NCBI GenBank assembly: GCA_043821645.1
Contig: JBDRCO010000111.1
Coordinates: 64,001-128,000 of the forward strand
DNA length: 64,000 nucleotides
Source: Pseudomonadota bacterium
GTDB lineage: Bacteria > Myxococcota > JACRCW01 > JAFGSX01
Direction: 5' to 3'
Shown: in pieces, positions 10,001 to 17,880 of the stretch
How the letters are laid out: each line of letters begins with the position of its first letter
Position numbering within the stretch: position 1 is the stretch's first letter
Notes under the pieces: generated by a model
Databases searched by the model: none
What the model was told of the DNA's origin: nothing
The model's input: the letters and a program-made list of their open reading frames with translations, nothing else
Made by a program: the position numbers and the translations under genes

Positions 10001-10157
10001 GTCAGGCGCGGACATCCAGAAGCCACTGGCGGTGGTTGTGATGGGCGGGCTCATCACCTCGACCCTGCTCACGCTCATCGTGCTGCCGACGATCTACGTC
10101 CTGATCCAGCGCGCGCCTGGCCCAGGCCCGACGGGGCGAGGCCGCGTGGCCGCCTGA
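7065..10157 (+). CDS. czcA: Heavy-metal efflux RND permease, CzcA/CusA family (divalent-cation type)
   Basis: LPIDAFPDVTNTQV, LGPISTGLGEI, MSLGGLAFSVGMVVD, EGKMFAPLA, EDPMG, SQPI..RVNELISGVKSD, ENQQRA, GADIQKPLAVVVMGG. The CusA Met triad is not evident. Confidence 0.95.
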   Translation: MTLASFLLRNRLLVLLGTAVLIFAGVLAWIRLPIDAFPDVTNTQVMILSTSPGLAAVDVEQRVSYPIEQVMRGLPRVQQVRSLSKAGLSQVVIIFEDGVDTYWTRQVVFERLSMAREHLPPGVEPELGPISTGLGEILQYTLEGEGLSAMELRTVQDWIVAPLLKPIPGVNEVNSFGGEVKQYQVLVSPEKLLKYGLTVNDVVEAVEQGNANAGGGVIVRGWEQLYMRGVGLLRDTADIEHIVLKASAGAPVYIRDVADVVIGAEPRQGAVSRDGKGEVVAGMIIMLKGENSDDVVSRVKASIGAIEGTLPPGVQLSVFYDRTSLIEACIKTVVDALLEGGIFVILVLVLFLAELRTALIVVFSLPFTFLVSFIFMDLAGISSNLMSLGGLAFSVGMVVDASIVVVENVRRHLALQTGREHKRRVVTEALVEVARPVTFSVLVIAIILVPLFTLQGIEGKMFAPLAATMLIALLVSLVVALTVIPVLSESVLKQVTEREFGIIRRFHGAYMTLLRRAIQRPVVTLGLSGVVLVASLALLPFMGTSFMPDLDEGSIAVNVVRLPNASLEGSVKVATFMEQRLRRFPEVETVVSKTGRAEISEDPMGPEQTDLFIMLRPRAQWTTGWDKDALVEAIQQDLSRIPGLRFSFSQPIALRVNELISGVKSDLAVKVFGPDLEVLKSFADRAGSVLQGIEGARDIKVEQVSGMAQLDVVIDRKAVARHGIQIAAVNAVIETAVAGKKATILIEEQRRFAVVVRFPESARADIPELERLLVTAPGGERVPLAQIAEFRLVEAPAQVSRENGMRRVVAEANIRGRDLGGFVSDLQRRLAHLVKELPAGYYVEYGGQFENQQRAMRQLAIVVPVALLLILFLLFLALGSFRDALLVLLNLPFALVGGVIAVIAFGLPVSVSAAVAFIVLLGIAVQNGVVLVAFFGQLRARGESVLDTVTKGCELRFRPLFMTASVSFIGHLPMLYATGSGADIQKPLAVVVMGGLITSTLLTLIVLPTIYVLIQRAPGPGPTGRGRVAA

Positions 10158-10272
10158 GTCGCCCCCGTGGGCGCGGATGCCCAGGGCGATGCGCACACAC
10201 ACACCCGCCCGCGCCCGGTGCCTCTCCCCGCGCGGACTGGGATGATTGGCTCACAATCGAAGGGGTGCGAAC

Positions 10273-10515
<243 letters not shown>

Positions 10516-10651
10516 TCATCCGGCCATTGCGTCAAGAGCAAATGGTCATGTTTTCGTCGGTTCAAGCTGGGATAGCCCGCTCGGTAAGGTTTAGCCACGC
10601 CGTGGGAGTCTTGGAGCGTCCTGGCGCGCCTCGAAGAGGTATACTGAGACC

Positions 10652-11161
10652 ATGTTGCGCGAGGTCCTCAACGTCACCCAGAACAGCCCGGATACCCTGA
10701 GGCGCTGGTTCTCGGACAGCGAGTTCGATCTGATCGTGTGGCACGATCGGAGTGAGGGCCGCCTCGTCGGTTTCCAGCTCTGCTACGACCTGCACCGGGA
10801 CGAGCACGTGCTGACCTGGCATGCGGACCGCGGCTATGCCCACAACAAGGTGGACAGCGGCGAGGACAACCCGGTGCGCAACATGACCCCCATCCTGGTA
10901 CCGGATGGTCTGTTCGAGCGCGACCGGGTCAGCGACCGCTTTGCCGAGCGCAGCCAGGACATCGACGACGAGGTGCGGGCCCTGGTGCTGGACAAGCTCG
11001 CTCGCTTCGAACAGGAGCAGGAGGCTCAGGGTGTCCGCACAGGGGACGCGGAACCTGTCGAGTCCGCAGGAGTGGCTGTGGTGGTCGAGGACGAAGGCGC
11101 GGAGTCTCGTGAGGAAGACATCGGGACATCCACCGCGCAGCGCACCGTCGACGAGTCGTAG
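10652..11161 (+). CDS. Hypothetical protein
   Basis: Globular-looking N-terminal ~120 aa (RRWFSD..DLIVW..GFQLCYD..LTW..VDSGE..TPILVPDG); acidic tail overlaps the convergent gene. Confidence 0.7.
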   Translation: MLREVLNVTQNSPDTLRRWFSDSEFDLIVWHDRSEGRLVGFQLCYDLHRDEHVLTWHADRGYAHNKVDSGEDNPVRNMTPILVPDGLFERDRVSDRFAERSQDIDDEVRALVLDKLARFEQEQEAQGVRTGDAEPVESAGVAVVVEDEGAESREEDIGTSTAQRTVDES

Positions 11162-11652
11162 CCCACGCTCTTGCGCAGGCGCAGCACTTCGAGATCCACG
11201 AACTTGCCCTGGCGCAGGCGAGCCCTGACCTGGGTGGCCTTCGCGCCCTGGGGCTCATCGGCGACCCACTCCCGCGGGACCACACCGCGGGCGCAGCAGC
11301 CAGGGAATTGCAGCTGCGAGGCGCTGCGCTGATACTCATCCAGCGTCGGCAGGCGGCGCCCCACCCACGCGCAGTAGGCCCGGGCCATGTGCCAGGTGAC
11401 CGACATGGCAGGCTCGTGCGCATACTCGGGGTCGCGGTTGAAGCTGTCGTAGCTGGGTCGGGCACACTTCCCGGCGTCGACGCAGCGCGAGAAGGCGACC
11501 CCGTTCACCGGCCGTAGATCCACGGCGACCTGGCCACCCGGCTTGTCGATGATCACGACCTGGTGCCCCGAGGCCGCGTCGGGGTGCGAGGGGCGGGGTG
11601 TGGCGGGAGCCTGTACCCCGGCCAGGGTCAGCAGCACCAGGACGGCAGGCAT
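11026..11652 (-). CDS. Secreted SUMF1/FGE-sulfatase-fold protein (compact, degenerate)
   Basis: Signal peptide MPAVLVLLTLAG; FSRCVDAGKC, PAMSVTWHMARAYCAWVGRRLPTLDEY, REWVAD, VRCA motifs. Confidence 0.7.
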   Translation of the reverse strand: MPAVLVLLTLAGVQAPATPRPSHPDAASGHQVVIIDKPGGQVAVDLRPVNGVAFSRCVDAGKCARPSYDSFNRDPEYAHEPAMSVTWHMARAYCAWVGRRLPTLDEYQRSASQLQFPGCCARGVVPREWVADEPQGAKATQVRARLRQGKFVDLEVLRLRKSVGYDSSTVRCAVDVPMSSSRDSAPSSSTTTATPADSTGSASPVRTP

Positions 11653-11662
11653 GGATGTCCGA

Positions 11663-13642
11663 TCAGCGCCGGCGTCGACGCAGGCCGCGGGCAAACACGA
11701 ACACGGTGCCGAACAAGAAGGCCTCGCGCACGAAGCTGGTGTCGCGGTAGCAGCCCGCCAGTTCGACCGCGCAGCGGTTGCTGTCGGTGTCCTCGTCGTA
11801 GCCGCAGTCGCCACTTTGGCACTGCTCGCTGCTGGCGCACTCCTCGCCAGTGCCGAGGAGTGGAATGCATTGCCCGGTGACAGTCTGGCTCAGCTCGCAG
11901 ACCTGGACGATCGAGTAGGTGCAGGTGGTCTGAGCTGCACAGCTCGTCGCGTCATCGGGGTACTGGCCGCAGACCGGATCGCAGTAGCCATAGAAGTCGT
12001 CGTAGATGCAGCCGGCTCCGCTGCAGCCCGTGGCATCGCCGTCGAAGAAGTAGCACACCGGCGCACAGGACTGGCTCGGTGGATCGTAGCGGCAGCCCAC
12101 TTGCTGGCCGCAGCCCGTGCCGTCACCACTGAAGGCGGCGCAGTCTGACACGAAGTCGCAGCGGCCCTCGTCGACCACGGCGCAGCCCTCGATCTTGTTG
12201 CAGATCTGGGGGCTCTGGCCCGCACAAGGGTCGCCAGGGATGCGGCAGTAGCTCGATGCGGGGCACTCGCTGCTGTCAGCGCAGGCAAAGGGAGCCCGTG
12301 CCTGGCACAGGCCATCGGCGCCACAGAACTCGCCGGGCTGGCAGTCCTCGTTGTACTCGCACAGGTACATACAGCGGCTGTTGACGCAGCTCAGGCCACT
12401 GTTGCAGTACGCCGCCGCCACACCATCCTCGGCGCAGGTCTCGTTTTCCAGGGCCAGGGCGCGGCAGCCGCTGCTGTGGCAATAGGATCCGAGCTGGCAG
12501 ATGTAGCCGTGCAGGCAGGCGCCGGTGGAGGGCAGATCGCTGGCCTCCGTGCACACGCCCTCGACGCTGCTGCACTCCTGGTAGTCGCTATCGTAGGCGC
12601 AGATGGGGGCGTTGGCCACACAGGCGGTCTCGTCGCCGCTGTACTGCGCGCAGTTGATGGTGGGTATGCAGAACAGGTCGGGGTTGCACAGGGCCTGCAC
12701 TGTGCCACCGCAGCGCTGGCTCGCACCCACGGTGCCGCAGACATTGCCCGTACAGCCCAGATCATCCAGGCAGTCCAGCCAGTCGCGGCAGTAGTCGCCC
12801 GCGGCGCCGAGGATGCGGCAGGCCAGGGGCCCGCCTGCGGCTGCGGGTCGGCACTTGGCACAGTCCCCTCCGCACGCGTCGTCACTGGTGCAGGGGGCCT
12901 CATAGTCCAGCAGCGGCTCGGGGCTGGGATCACAGCGTCCGGCGTCGCTGCACGAGGCGGACAGGCAGTCGTCGCCGTAGAGGTTGGGGTCGCAGCGGCC
13001 ACCGTCCTCCTTCTTGAGCAGGCAGGTGCCGTTGTTGCAGTAGGTCGCATCGCTGCAGGAGTGGTAGTCGCCGCAGGCCTGGTCCACTCCCGCGGGCTTG
13101 AGGCAGACCGCGCCGCCGGGCGCGAAGGGGGTGTCGCTCTGACAGCTCGAGCCGTCGGTGCAGTCCCAGTCCTGCACGCAGGCCTGGCCGTCGGCGGTGA
13201 TGCCCTTGAAGAAGGCGGTGCACGCGCCATCCTTCAGCGCGTTCCACTCCTTGCTCTGGATCAGACTGTGCCCCGGGTTGCCACTGCGCAGGCTGCGCGA
13301 GCTGGTCAGGCACTGTCGCGCCAGCTTCCAGTCTATCGCCACCCGGCTCTCCCGCAGCGAGGCCAGCAGGTCCTCGGCCCACACCCGGCCCTCGGTACCG
13401 GGGCGGCAGCTGCGCGCCAGTTCTGCGTCGCTGAAGGAGGCGCCGGTCTTGAGCGGGCCGTTGACGCAGAGGCCAGAGAAATTCGCCTGGGACTCGTAGA
13501 TGGCGCAGATCTCGACGGCGGTCAGCGGCTGGGCGGGTGGCTCGATGGGGTTGGGCTGGACCTTGGTCTCGGGGCAGGCCGCGAGAAGGGTTGCCAGGGC
13601 CAGGGCTCCGCCAGCGTGCGTCAACCTACCACTCGTCGTCAT
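11663..13642 (-). CDS. Very Cys-rich surface lipoprotein with C-terminal TM and poly-Arg tail
   Basis: Lipobox LLAAC; many G-x-x-C-x4/5-C disulfide modules; ends GCYRD..FLFGTVFVFARGLRRRRR. Confidence 0.8.
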   Translation of the reverse strand: MTTSGRLTHAGGALALATLLAACPETKVQPNPIEPPAQPLTAVEICAIYESQANFSGLCVNGPLKTGASFSDAELARSCRPGTEGRVWAEDLLASLRESRVAIDWKLARQCLTSSRSLRSGNPGHSLIQSKEWNALKDGACTAFFKGITADGQACVQDWDCTDGSSCQSDTPFAPGGAVCLKPAGVDQACGDYHSCSDATYCNNGTCLLKKEDGGRCDPNLYGDDCLSASCSDAGRCDPSPEPLLDYEAPCTSDDACGGDCAKCRPAAAGGPLACRILGAAGDYCRDWLDCLDDLGCTGNVCGTVGASQRCGGTVQALCNPDLFCIPTINCAQYSGDETACVANAPICAYDSDYQECSSVEGVCTEASDLPSTGACLHGYICQLGSYCHSSGCRALALENETCAEDGVAAAYCNSGLSCVNSRCMYLCEYNEDCQPGEFCGADGLCQARAPFACADSSECPASSYCRIPGDPCAGQSPQICNKIEGCAVVDEGRCDFVSDCAAFSGDGTGCGQQVGCRYDPPSQSCAPVCYFFDGDATGCSGAGCIYDDFYGYCDPVCGQYPDDATSCAAQTTCTYSIVQVCELSQTVTGQCIPLLGTGEECASSEQCQSGDCGYDEDTDSNRCAVELAGCYRDTSFVREAFLFGTVFVFARGLRRRRR

Positions 13643-13896
13643 GACAACCTCTCTGTGGACCCGACCCGCGATCTCGCCCCGCCACTTCGGTCCGAGACCT
13701 CACGTCGAATATGGAAAATGAACGTGGCAGCGACTAGATAGGTGGCCACGACGCGGCCCGTCAAGCGAGACCTTCGCCAGCGGATCTGGTGCCCGGGGCT
13801 GGCGGACCGAGGCGCAGGGTCGCAACCTGCTCGCGGCTCGGGCACAATCGGCGGCCAGCCGAGATGCGCGGAAATCGGCGGCAGGGGAGGGCAGAC

Positions 13897-14751
13897 ATGC
13901 AGCAGCGACCAGCGATCTTTGCAGCCCAGGGCTGGTATCCCGCAGATCCCGGGCAGTGCCTCGAGCGCGTCGAGTTCTTCCTGCGCAGCGCCGCGACGGA
14001 GGAGCCGGCCTCGATGCTGGGAGGGATCGTGCCCCATGCGGGCTGGTCCTATTCGGGTCAGACCGCCGCTCGCACCTTCGGCGCGCTCGCCGGGCTGCAA
14101 CCCGAGCTGGTGCTGCTGTTCGGCGGTCACCTGCGACCGCGCGACACGGCCCTGTGCATGACCCGCGGTGCCTTCGCGACGCCCCTGGGTCCGCTGCCGG
14201 TCGAGGAAAGCCTGGCGCGCGAGCTGGTGGCGACCTTCCCCGTCGACGAGGAGATGCCCGATCATTTTGCCGCCGACAACACCATCGAGTTGCAGCTCCC
14301 CTTCGTGCGTCACTTGTGGCCCCGGGCGCGGGTGCTGGCCGTGCAGGTGCCTGCTGACGAGAGCGCAGCGGTCCTGGGCCGCTGGCTGGCCGAGCGCACC
14401 GCGGCCCTGGGACTGCGCACCCTGGCCATCGGTTCGACCGATCTCACGCATTACGGCACCAGCTATGGCTTCACACCCCAGGGCGTCGGCGATGAGGCGC
14501 ACGCCTGGTCCATGCGTGAGAACGATGGTGGCTTCCTCGAACGGGTGCTTGCGCTCGACGGACAAGGGGCCAGCGAACACGCGCTGGCTCACCACAGTGC
14601 GTGCTGCCCCGGGGCGACCGCAGCCACCCTGGCCTTCGTGAATTCCCGGGGAGGGGTCCGCCCGCGCCTGGTCGAGCACACCACGAGTCACCTCGTCCGC
14701 AACCAGGGCTCGCCGCAGATGTGGGTGGGCTATGCAAGCGTCGTGTTCTGA
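13897..14751 (+). CDS. amrB: AmmeMemoRadiSam system protein B (Memo-like)
   Basis: GWYP, IVPHAGWSYSG, TPLG, IELQLPF, STDLTHYG, CCPG, VGYASVVF; GGAGG SD before ATG 13897. Confidence 0.9.
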   Translation: MQQRPAIFAAQGWYPADPGQCLERVEFFLRSAATEEPASMLGGIVPHAGWSYSGQTAARTFGALAGLQPELVLLFGGHLRPRDTALCMTRGAFATPLGPLPVEESLARELVATFPVDEEMPDHFAADNTIELQLPFVRHLWPRARVLAVQVPADESAAVLGRWLAERTAALGLRTLAIGSTDLTHYGTSYGFTPQGVGDEAHAWSMRENDGGFLERVLALDGQGASEHALAHHSACCPGATAATLAFVNSRGGVRPRLVEHTTSHLVRNQGSPQMWVGYASVVF

Positions 14752-14769
14752 GCCGGAACGAGGAAACCC

Positions 14770-16128
14770 ATGAACCCACTGGCGAAGCTGCTCCTGATCC
14801 GGCGCCTGCGTCAGCAGATGTACGGGCTGGACCGGGTGGGCTTGCAGCGGCTGCAGCACAAGCTGTGTGCCGAGACCGTGCGCCACGCCGTGACCCACAG
14901 CCCCTTCTTTCGACGCCACTACCAGGGCTGTGACCTCGCAGATTTCGAGGAGCTGCCACTGGTGGACAAGGCCGTCATGATGGCCAGCTTCTCGGACTAC
15001 AACAGCGCAGGCCTGGACCGCGAGGCCTTGCTGGCCTTCGCCATCGACAGCGAGCACAGGGCCGGCATGGGTCTGTATCAGGGCCGCTGGTCCGTGGGTC
15101 TGTCGTCGGGAACCTCGGGGAACAAGGGCCTGGTGCTGCTCTCACCCGACGAGCGCGATCGTTACGGCTGTCTGATCGCGGCGCGGCATGGTCTGCCGCC
15201 GTCGGTGAAGCAGTTCCGGGTGCTGTTCGCGTTGCGCATCAACAATCCGAGCTTCGAGAACCTCAATCGCTTCGGCCTGCGCATCGTCTACACGGACTAC
15301 AACCGGCCCATCGAGGACGTCATCGCCGTGGTCAACACCCAGCGGCTCAACGTCCTGGCCGGGCCGCCGTCGTTTCTGGCGCTCATCGGAGATCAGGCCG
15401 CGCGCCTCGATCACGCCATCGAGGCCGTGGTGTGCTACGCCGAGGTGCTGCAGCCCGAGGTGCGTGCGCGGCTCGAGAAGACCTTCGCGGCGCCTGTGGT
15501 CGAGATCTACCAGGGCAGCGAGGGCTTCATCGCGGCCACCTGTCGTCAGGGCCGGCTGCACCTGATGGAGGACGTGGTCCGCGTCGAGGTCTTGCCCCTG
15601 GCCGGGGAGGGTGCCGTCGCCAGCGCGTCCGGGACAGCCCAGGGTACCGGGCGCATCGTGATCACCGACATGCACCGGCGCAGCCAGCCCATCCTGCGCT
15701 ACCAGCTCAACGACGTGATCGAGGTCGGCGAGAGCGACTGTGGCTGCGGCTCCGCGTTCCGGGTGGTGCAGAAGATTCATGGCCGCATGGACGACGTGCT
15801 GACCTTTGTCGACGGGCGTGGCCACCGGCGCTGGCTGTTCCCCGACGTGGCAAGCCGCGCCGTGATCCTGGCCTCGGACGAGGTCGAGGAATACCAGATC
15901 GTGCAGCATGCCCTGGATCACCTCGAGATCCGCTTGCAGCTCCGCGACGGGGCGGACCACACAGGGATCGAGGCCGCGGTGGCGCGCCTGCTGCGGCAGC
16001 GCTTGCGCGACGCAGGCGTCGACGACCCGGGTCACCCGCGCCTGGAATTCGTGCTGCGCGCGCCCGAGAAGAACGCTGTCAGCGGCAAGCTCATTCGCGT
16101 GCAGCGGCGCTTCGCGGTGGCAGGCTGA
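14770..16128 (+). CDS. F390-synthetase-related / phenylacetate-CoA ligase family adenylate-forming enzyme
   Basis: SVGLSSGTSGNKG P-loop-like motif, EIYQGSEGF, PILRYQLND, CGCGS, GRMDD. Confidence 0.85.
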   Translation: MNPLAKLLLIRRLRQQMYGLDRVGLQRLQHKLCAETVRHAVTHSPFFRRHYQGCDLADFEELPLVDKAVMMASFSDYNSAGLDREALLAFAIDSEHRAGMGLYQGRWSVGLSSGTSGNKGLVLLSPDERDRYGCLIAARHGLPPSVKQFRVLFALRINNPSFENLNRFGLRIVYTDYNRPIEDVIAVVNTQRLNVLAGPPSFLALIGDQAARLDHAIEAVVCYAEVLQPEVRARLEKTFAAPVVEIYQGSEGFIAATCRQGRLHLMEDVVRVEVLPLAGEGAVASASGTAQGTGRIVITDMHRRSQPILRYQLNDVIEVGESDCGCGSAFRVVQKIHGRMDDVLTFVDGRGHRRWLFPDVASRAVILASDEVEEYQIVQHALDHLEIRLQLRDGADHTGIEAAVARLLRQRLRDAGVDDPGHPRLEFVLRAPEKNAVSGKLIRVQRRFAVAG

Positions 16129-16138
16129 CCGGCGGCGC

Positions 16139-16167
16139 TTGCACCCCCGGGGCAGCGTGGATATACG
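16139..16167 (+). promoter_or_regulatory. Putative sigma70 promoter
   Basis: TTGCAC, 17 nt spacer, TATACG, about 70 nt upstream of ATG 16237. Confidence 0.35.
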
Positions 16168-16236
16168 TTGCCGGTCCGGTCGACGGACCCACGCTCGCGG
16201 CATTTCTGAATCCATGAGCACGACGGGAGGAGATTC

Positions 16237-17061
16237 ATGAAGAGATCGCTATGGTCGCTCGCCCTGACCGCGTTGCTGCCCTGCACTGCTCTCGCCCAGG
16301 ACGCTCCGGCCGCGGACACACCCGCCGTCGAGCCGGCGCCAGCCGTGGAGGCGGCGCCAGATCCCGAGGCCCAGAAACGAGCCCAGATCGAGGCTCTGCT
16401 CAAGGAGGTGGACACCCTGTACGCGCAGCGCGCGCAGTCCGGCAAGGCCGAGGCCGTGATCGCCAAGATGCAGGAGCTGCTCAAGCTCGACGACAAGAGC
16501 TACGACGCGCAGTGGCGCATCGCCCGCGCGGCCTACTGGATCGGCGACGGCACCGAGGACAAGAAGGTCAAGGAGAAGTACGGCAAGATCGGCTGGGACG
16601 CCGGCATCGCGGGCACCGCGCTCAAGCCCAACGGCATCGAGGCCCAGTTCTGGGGTGCCGCTTCGCTGGGCAACTACGCCAAAGGCGTGGGCATCATGAA
16701 GGCGGTGTGGGACGGCCTGGGCAAGCAGTACGAGAAGTGGGCGCGCAAGGCCTACGAGATGAACCCCAAGTACGCCTTCGGCGGCCCCCCGCGCGCCCTC
16801 GGTCGCTACTACTTCACCCTGCCCGGCATCGCCGGTCGCGACATCAAGAAGTCGATCAAGTACCTCGAGGAGAGCCGTGACCTGGCGCCCGAGGCCCTGC
16901 GCACCCGCGCCTGGCTGGCCGAGTCCTACCTGGACGACGACCAGAAGGCCAAGGCCAAGGCCGAGCTGGACTACTGCTTGGCCGCAGATCCCAAGAACGG
17001 TGACTACGCCGACAATCTGCGCATGCAGCCCGAGTGCAAGCGCCTCGCGGGCACCCTGTAG
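16237..17061 (+). CDS. Secreted helical-repeat (TPR-like; TatT/RMDN-like) protein
   Basis: GGAGG SD; signal peptide ending ALA-Q; TPR-like helices (AQWRIARAAYWIG, AQFWGAASLG, GGPPRALGRYYFTLP); strong codon bias. Confidence 0.75.
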   Translation: MKRSLWSLALTALLPCTALAQDAPAADTPAVEPAPAVEAAPDPEAQKRAQIEALLKEVDTLYAQRAQSGKAEAVIAKMQELLKLDDKSYDAQWRIARAAYWIGDGTEDKKVKEKYGKIGWDAGIAGTALKPNGIEAQFWGAASLGNYAKGVGIMKAVWDGLGKQYEKWARKAYEMNPKYAFGGPPRALGRYYFTLPGIAGRDIKKSIKYLEESRDLAPEALRTRAWLAESYLDDDQKAKAKAELDYCLAADPKNGDYADNLRMQPECKRLAGTL

Positions 17062-17095
17062 GCGGACCTTCGCCCTCGCTCGACACACCCACACC

Positions 17096-17824
17096 GTGAC
17101 AGATCCGGTCGACAGACGCCCCCTGGCCGTGGTGCTGCTCTCCGGTGGCATGGACTCCTGTGTCACCGCCGGCATCGCGGCCCGGGACCACGAGCTGGCC
17201 CTGCTTCATGTCAACTATGGCCAGCGCACCCAGCGCCGCGAGCTGCGCGCTTTCGAAGCCATCGCCGACCACTACCTCGTATCCTGTCGTCTGGTGGTCG
17301 ACTTACCGGCCATTGCCCACGTCGGCGGCTCCAGCCTTCTCGCCGGCGGCCCGGCCGTGCCCGACGCCGCCTTCGTCGAGGGACAGATCCCCTCGACCTA
17401 CGTCCCCTTCCGCAACGGTCAGATCCTCGCCGTGGCCGCGGCCTGGGCCGAGGTTCTGGAGGCGCAGGCGATCTATGTCGGAGCGGTGGAGCAAGACAGC
17501 TCCGGCTATCCAGACTGCCGGCGGCCTTTCTTCGACGCCTACGAGCGCGCCATCCAGCTGGGCACAGGGGCGACCTCCCTGCTGCGCATCCACACCCCCC
17601 TGGTCGAGCTGAGCAAGGCGCAGATCGTCCGCCGGGGCATCGATCTCGGCGCGCCGCTGCACCTGACCTGGTCCTGCTATCGCGACGAGGACCTGGCCTG
17701 CGGGCGCTGCGAGTCCTGCATCCTCAGGCTGCGCGGTTTTGCAGGTGCCGGGGTTGACGATCCTGTTCCCTATCAGGACCCCGCGACGGGGCCAGGATCC
17801 ACCCTGCCCCCGCGCGTCGATTGA
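17096..17824 (+). CDS. queC: 7-cyano-7-deazaguanine synthase
   Basis: AVVLLSGGMDS, NYGQR, TYVPFRN, SGYPDCR, TWSCY..ACGRCESC..R zinc motif. GTG start inferred. Confidence 0.95.
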   Translation: MTDPVDRRPLAVVLLSGGMDSCVTAGIAARDHELALLHVNYGQRTQRRELRAFEAIADHYLVSCRLVVDLPAIAHVGGSSLLAGGPAVPDAAFVEGQIPSTYVPFRNGQILAVAAAWAEVLEAQAIYVGAVEQDSSGYPDCRRPFFDAYERAIQLGTGATSLLRIHTPLVELSKAQIVRRGIDLGAPLHLTWSCYRDEDLACGRCESCILRLRGFAGAGVDDPVPYQDPATGPGSTLPPRVD

Positions 17825-17880
17825 CCGGGCCGATCGCCGCTTGCTACAAAACCAGCACCATCCTGTTCAAGGGGAATGCC

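Noticed and set aside
11026-11652. DGR target (FGE/C-type lectin fold)
   Set aside because: No reverse transcriptase and no template/variable repeat pair differing at adenines was found.
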